Assembly: GCA_029260795.1 (NCBI GenBank)
Contig: JAJDCO010000149.1
Span: 131,814-195,813, forward strand
From: Planctomycetota bacterium
GTDB lineage: Bacteria; Planctomycetota; OFTM77
Reading direction: 5' to 3'
DNA length: 64,000 nucleotides
Part shown: positions 59,329 through 64,000 of the stretch, piece by piece
Numbering within the stretch: position 1 is the first letter of the stretch
Layout of the letters: each line of letters begins with the position of its first letter
Translations under genes and position numbers: made by a program
The notes under the pieces: model-generated
What the model saw: the letters and a program-made list of their open reading frames with translations, nothing else
What the model was told of the DNA's origin: nothing
Databases searched by the model: none

Positions 59329-61833
59329 ATGTCACACGTTCGAGTGCTTCGAATCGGCTTGGGCCCAGTCGCCTTTGCGCTGGGCTGGATTCTCTGCTGG
59401 CTGGCCTGGACACCTGGGCTCCGAGCCGAGGAGCGCGCCGGTGGCCTCCCGCTGCTCTTCCTGGAAGCACCGGCCGGCGAGTGCTTCGTCGCTCGGCAAG
59501 GATCGATGACCGTCCGCTGCGCGCCGTCAGGTGTCGATCTGTGCTTGGCGTCCCCGAGGGGGGGCTTCGACGAGGTCCGTCTCGAGATACTCGGAGCCGA
59601 CGCCCAGTCACCGGCCCTCGGGACCGACCCGGCGGAGGGGCGCATCCACATGCTGCGAGGTGGCGATCTTTCCCGCTGGCAAATCAATGGACGCGTCTTC
59701 GGAAGCGTCACTTATCCCGACATCTATCCGGGCATCAACCTGGTGGTGCGGGGAGGCTCTGGGCTGAAGGCCGAGTGGATCCTCGCTCCCGGAGCGTCGC
59801 CCGAGGTGATTCGCTGGCAGTATCGGGGAGCCTGTGCCGTCGCGGTGACTTCGCATTCGCTGCGCGTCACCACTGCGGGCGGTGTCTTGCATGAGGGCGA
59901 GCCGCTCTTCTGGCAGGAGAAGGACGGCGAGCGCGTCCTCGTGACCGGGGGCTACCGAGAGGTCGAGCCGGGCGTGATGGGTTTTTGGGTCGGTGACTAC
60001 GATCCGGAGAGCCCGCTCGTCTTGGACCCGAGCTTGGTTTGGAGCACGTTCCTGGGCGGCGACAATACGGGTGTGGGCGGCGAGAGTGTGCGGACGATCG
60101 CTCGGGATGCCAGTGGCTTCCTCTATGTCGCGGGAACGAGCGCGGCCGCGGACTTCCCGGTCACGCCGGGCGCACTTCAGCCGAGCCTCTTGGGCAACAA
60201 TGACGCCTTCGTGGCGAAGCTCGATCCGACCGGGTCGAGCCTCGTGTGGGCGACCTACCTCGGTGGCACGGATCGCGAAGGGGCCGTCGCTTTGGCTGTC
60301 GATGGAGCCGGGCAAGTGACCCTGGCCGGAATCACCTACTCGATGGACTTCCCTGCGACGCCGGGCGCTTTCGACACCGTCTCCGACGCTACCGGCGGTC
60401 CGCAAGCGACCGGCGACGTCTTCGTGGCTCGACTCGACGCCACGGGTTCGAGCTTGATCTGGGCAACCTATCTCGGGGGGACGGGCGACGACTGGGTCGG
60501 AGGCTCGACACACACCTGGTCGGGCACAGGCGGCCAGTCCTTGGTGCTCGCGCCTTCAGGGAACGTCTTCCTTTGCGGGACGACCTTCGCGACCTCTTTC
60601 CCCGTGACGGCGGGCGCCTTCGATACGACGAGAAAGGGACCTTCGGACGGATACCTGGTCGAGCTCGACGCGACCGGCTCCCAGCTGCTCTTGGGCACGC
60701 TGCTCGGGGGAGCCGATAAGGACTTCGCCACGAGCCTGACACTGGCGCAGGACGGCACGGCGATCGTGGCGGGAACCACGCAGTCGACCGATTTCCCGAC
60801 GACGGCCGGAGCTTATGACCAGAGCTACAACGGGCCACCCATTCCTTTCGACAAAGGCGATGCCTTCATCGTGCAGCTGACACCGAACGGCTCGGCGCTG
60901 CAGTTCGGCACCTACTTCGGGGGCTCGGCCAGCGACCAGGCCGTCTCGGTCGCCCTCGACCCGAGTGGCGCCGTCGTCATCGCCGGCGAGACGACGTCTC
61001 CGGATCTGCCGACGACGCTTCGGGCTTTCGACCGAACTCACAACGGCAAAGGTGACCTGTTCGCAGCGCGCTTCGACGCCACCGGCACGACGCTTCAGAT
61101 GGGCACCTACCTGGGGGGCGGCGAGTTTGATCGCGGCGCCGTGCTCGCCCTCGACTCGGTCGGCAATCTCTACCTCGGTGGATCCACGTTCTCGCCAGAC
61201 TTCCCGACTACCGCCGGGTCGGCAGACACCACCTTCGAAGGACCGACGGAAGGGATCGTCGCCAAGCTCGATGTCTCGGGACGAGGCCTCGCCTACTCGT
61301 CGTTCCTGGGTGGGCAAGAGGGAGACGGCGTCTTCGGCATCACCGTCGACTCCGCCGGTGCGGCCACGGTCGTCGGTTGGACGGAAGCCTCGTTCCCCAC
61401 GACACCGGGTGCCTTCGACGAGACCTTGACCGGGGACACCGACGGATTCGTGGCCCAGCTACAGCCGACGACGCAGCTGACGTTCAACGGCACGCCCGCG
61501 CCCAGTCAAAGCGCTCACTACACGGTGCAAGGGCTGGTCGTCGAGGCCGGTCAGCTCGCCCAGGTCGCCTTGAGCTGCAGCGGCCAGGGCGGCATCCCAC
61601 TCTTTCAGGGGTTGACTCTGCCGCTGACCTTCGACGGCTGCACGCAGATCGGCCTCCTGTTGGGCAGCCAGCTGCAAGGCACGGTCGATGCGACGGGCTT
61701 TGCTCAAACGCCGTCGATCGCCTTCCCGTCCGTGCCGCCCGGGATCACGGTATGGAGCGCGGCCTTCCTGTGGAACCCGGGGAGCGGGACGTTGTCCTCG
61801 GTGACGTTGCCCCTGAGCTTCGTGACGCAGTAG
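59329..61833 (+). CDS. Secreted SBBP beta-propeller-repeat protein (PF06739-like repeats) with the shared C-terminal module
   Basis: At least 8 repeats of the ...DAFVAKLDPTGSSLVWATYLGG... type. Signal peptide. 834 aa. Confidence 0.75.
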   Translation: MSHVRVLRIGLGPVAFALGWILCWLAWTPGLRAEERAGGLPLLFLEAPAGECFVARQGSMTVRCAPSGVDLCLASPRGGFDEVRLEILGADAQSPALGTDPAEGRIHMLRGGDLSRWQINGRVFGSVTYPDIYPGINLVVRGGSGLKAEWILAPGASPEVIRWQYRGACAVAVTSHSLRVTTAGGVLHEGEPLFWQEKDGERVLVTGGYREVEPGVMGFWVGDYDPESPLVLDPSLVWSTFLGGDNTGVGGESVRTIARDASGFLYVAGTSAAADFPVTPGALQPSLLGNNDAFVAKLDPTGSSLVWATYLGGTDREGAVALAVDGAGQVTLAGITYSMDFPATPGAFDTVSDATGGPQATGDVFVARLDATGSSLIWATYLGGTGDDWVGGSTHTWSGTGGQSLVLAPSGNVFLCGTTFATSFPVTAGAFDTTRKGPSDGYLVELDATGSQLLLGTLLGGADKDFATSLTLAQDGTAIVAGTTQSTDFPTTAGAYDQSYNGPPIPFDKGDAFIVQLTPNGSALQFGTYFGGSASDQAVSVALDPSGAVVIAGETTSPDLPTTLRAFDRTHNGKGDLFAARFDATGTTLQMGTYLGGGEFDRGAVLALDSVGNLYLGGSTFSPDFPTTAGSADTTFEGPTEGIVAKLDVSGRGLAYSSFLGGQEGDGVFGITVDSAGAATVVGWTEASFPTTPGAFDETLTGDTDGFVAQLQPTTQLTFNGTPAPSQSAHYTVQGLVVEAGQLAQVALSCSGQGGIPLFQGLTLPLTFDGCTQIGLLLGSQLQGTVDATGFAQTPSIAFPSVPPGITVWSAAFLWNPGSGTLSSVTLPLSFVTQ

Positions 61834-62177
61834 GTTTCCCTGCGCCCCGTCCCCGTGCTGGCATCCCTTGGCAACAAACAGGAGCCGAATCTCCTTCGAA
61901 GGCCGGCTCCTGTGACGAAAACCGATCCCGGAGGAGGCTCGGTCGGGTTCCTGTGGACTCAGGCTCGTGCGACGGAGATGTTGTCATGATGTCGTGCTCG
62001 GGCTGATGCATCTCGGTGTCTCGCGATGAACAGCGTCGTCTTGGCGATGTTGTCGGCACCGGCCGCCCGCGTCAGGCAAGCGGCGTGCTCGGGCGGAAGC
62101 TCGTAGCGTCCGGTCGCCGAATCGAAGCGCACGATGCGGCCGCCGACCGGGAGCCTCCCGGCGGCGGCTCCTGGGCC

Positions 62178-64000
62178 TCAGGCATCGTGTTCGAGGGCCT
62201 CCCGAATCTCGGTCAGGTCCGAGAAGAACCCATCGCGGACTGAGCCGGCGCGCATCCAGTCGTGGGGCGACCGCTCGTCGTCGAGGCGAGAGAGCACGCT
62301 GGTGAGTCGACGTCGAGCGACGTCGGGATGGCCAACCTCGACCAGCCAGCCGGTGGTGTAGACCGTCCAGGCCAGGATGATCCGGCGCCATGCGGCGAGA
62401 CGCGGAGGGCCGGCGAACTCCTCGAGGCTCGTGCGCCGCAGCGCCTTGGCGATGGTTCGGAGTCGGTCGGATAACGCCTCGCCGGGGTTCAGTGGATCGT
62501 CGTCCTCCCCGTCGATCTGCCCGTCATCGTCGGTGTCCGGGTCACAGGGGTCGGAGCCGACCGCATGCACCTCTTGTCCGTCGAGCAGCCCGTCCTCGTC
62601 CGAGTCCGCCCGGGTCGCGTCCGGGCAGCCCGAGCCGGCCGCGAGGTCGATCTCCTCTCCGTCGAGCAGTCCATCGTCGTCGGTGTCGGGGGAGAGCGGG
62701 TTCAAGCCGAGGTCCCTCTCGGTACCGTCGCCCAGACCGTCACCGTCGGTATCGGGGGCACAAGGGTCGGTCCCGAGGGCGGCCTCAGCGCCGTCGAGGA
62801 GCGCATCCCCGTCGACATCGGCATTCAGCGGATCGAGGCAGCTTCCTTGAAGACTCGCGGCGTACTCCTCTCCGTCGAGGAGGCCGTCGTCGTCGGTGTC
62901 CGGATCCTGGGGATCGGTTCCGATCACATGCTCCATGCCGTCGAGGAGCCCGTCGGTATCTGAGTCTCGTGCCTCCAAGAAGACAACCAGATCGTCCAGT
63001 CCGAAGTCGGGCGCGGAGAGCCTCCGGTTATCCGAGAGCACCACCCGAGTGATGACCTCCTGCTCGGCGAACACCGACCAGTGACGCTCGAGCCCGCTGG
63101 GGCCCTGCTCGCCCGTTCGCGTCTCTTGGTCGATGACGTTGTTGGCGGCATCGAACGCTCGCAGCGTGATGGATCGAGTGCTCGGCTCGCCACGTTCTAA
63201 GAGATCGAGCGTGGTGAGGCTGAAGCCGAGCACCGGTCGCGAGAGCTCGAAGATGATCGGCTGCACGAAGTCGAAGGGGCGAGCACGGTTCTCCCGGTCG
63301 TCCTCACCGGTCAAGAAGATCGAGCCCGAGACGGCGGTCGGATTGAGTGGAGCGTTTCGGGCTCCGGCGCCTTCAAAGCCGGGGCGATCCTCGTAGTAGG
63401 CGCGCGAGGCGAGCTGGAAGCCGGGCTCGACTTGGATGTCGAGCACGATGTCGCGCAACCTGCGGCGAATGACGGGCGCCGAGTCCTCGGCGAGATCCTC
63501 GAACGGATCGAGCACCGAGTCTTGAAGCACGACCAGGTCATCCAGGCCGAACCCCGAGCGCTCGAGGACTCCATGGGCGAGGAGCTCGACGCGCGCGATC
63601 TGCGGCATGCGAGCTCGCACGCACCAGTCGAGATCCAAGCCACTCGGCCCCTGCTCACCGTCGCGGAAGACCTCCACCAGCACGCGCCCATCCGCGTCGA
63701 GCGCGCGCAGGCTCACGCTGGCGTCGGCGCGCTCACCGTCCTCGAGCAGATCGATCGTGGTAATCGAGAAGAGCTGCACGGGCGGTGAGAGCTCGAAGAC
63801 GATCGGAGCCGACTCCGAGAAGCCGAGCGACGATCCTCCGGCGAGGTCCTCGGGTGCCAAGAAGCGTCGACCGGTGACCGCGCCCGAGTTCAGCGGGCTG
63901 TTGGGTTGCCCACGGAGCCCGTCGAAGGCACGCTCCCCCCCGGCGCCGTATGTGCGAGCCGTGAGCACGACCCCTTCAGCGGACAGCACCCGAACGGAGA
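62178..64000 (-). CDS. Large secreted protein with thrombospondin type 3-like calcium-binding repeats and an internal tandem domain duplication of about 180 aa; 5' end lies outside the window
   Basis: [12 protein letters not shown] / [17 protein letters not shown] repeats. The reading frame stays open to nt 64000 upstream of the first in-window GTG/ATG. Confidence 0.65.
   Translation of the reverse strand, partial: SVRVLSAEGVVLTARTYGAGGERAFDGLRGQPNSPLNSGAVTGRRFLAPEDLAGGSSLGFSESAPIVFELSPPVQLFSITTIDLLEDGERADASVSLRALDADGRVLVEVFRDGEQGPSGLDLDWCVRARMPQIARVELLAHGVLERSGFGLDDLVVLQDSVLDPFEDLAEDSAPVIRRRLRDIVLDIQVEPGFQLASRAYYEDRPGFEGAGARNAPLNPTAVSGSIFLTGEDDRENRARPFDFVQPIIFELSRPVLGFSLTTLDLLERGEPSTRSITLRAFDAANNVIDQETRTGEQGPSGLERHWSVFAEQEVITRVVLSDNRRLSAPDFGLDDLVVFLEARDSDTDGLLDGMEHVIGTDPQDPDTDDDGLLDGEEYAASLQGSCLDPLNADVDGDALLDGAEAALGTDPCAPDTDGDGLGDGTERDLGLNPLSPDTDDDGLLDGEEIDLAAGSGCPDATRADSDEDGLLDGQEVHAVGSDPCDPDTDDDGQIDGEDDDPLNPGEALSDRLRTIAKALRRTSLEEFAGPPRLAAWRRIILAWTVYTTGWLVEVGHPDVARRRLTSVLSRLDDERSPHDWMRAGSVRDGFFSDLTEIREALEHDA

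Overview
This is a 64 kb segment of a high-GC (about 65-70% by eye) bacterial chromosome with dense coding on both strands. I support about 45 protein-coding genes and found no rRNA, tRNA or CRISPR array by inspection; tRNAs cannot be formally excluded without a scan. Housekeeping content includes an oxidative pentose-phosphate operon (zwf-gnd-pgl, overlapping stop/start codons) and an aconitase gene co-directional with two tandem nfuA Fe-S carrier paralogs, plus uvrA, panB, pckA and rlmD. Around these lie secreted and cell-envelope genes: two ECF sigma/anti-sigma pairs, paralogous carboxypeptidase-regulatory-like repeat proteins, three sulfatase-family genes with a GT4 glycosyltransferase, two PHP-domain metallohydrolase paralogs, and a 3' cluster of very large secreted proteins with BNR, LTD, PQQ-like and SBBP-repeat domains and a partial protein with TSP type 3 repeats, two of which share a C-terminal module of about 95 aa. 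The most unusual structure is a two-gene cassette (a pyridine-nucleotide-disulfide oxidoreductase and a DedA/TVP38 membrane protein) bracketed by inverted arrays of a composite REP/MITE-like repeat, with degenerate copies elsewhere in the window. The taxon cannot be assigned from sequence alone; the content is compatible with Myxococcota, Planctomycetota, Acidobacteriota or Gemmatimonadota-like genomes. Internal start sites were placed from the ORF-track coordinates; where my manual base count of the raw sequence disagreed by 1 nt I kept the track coordinates.
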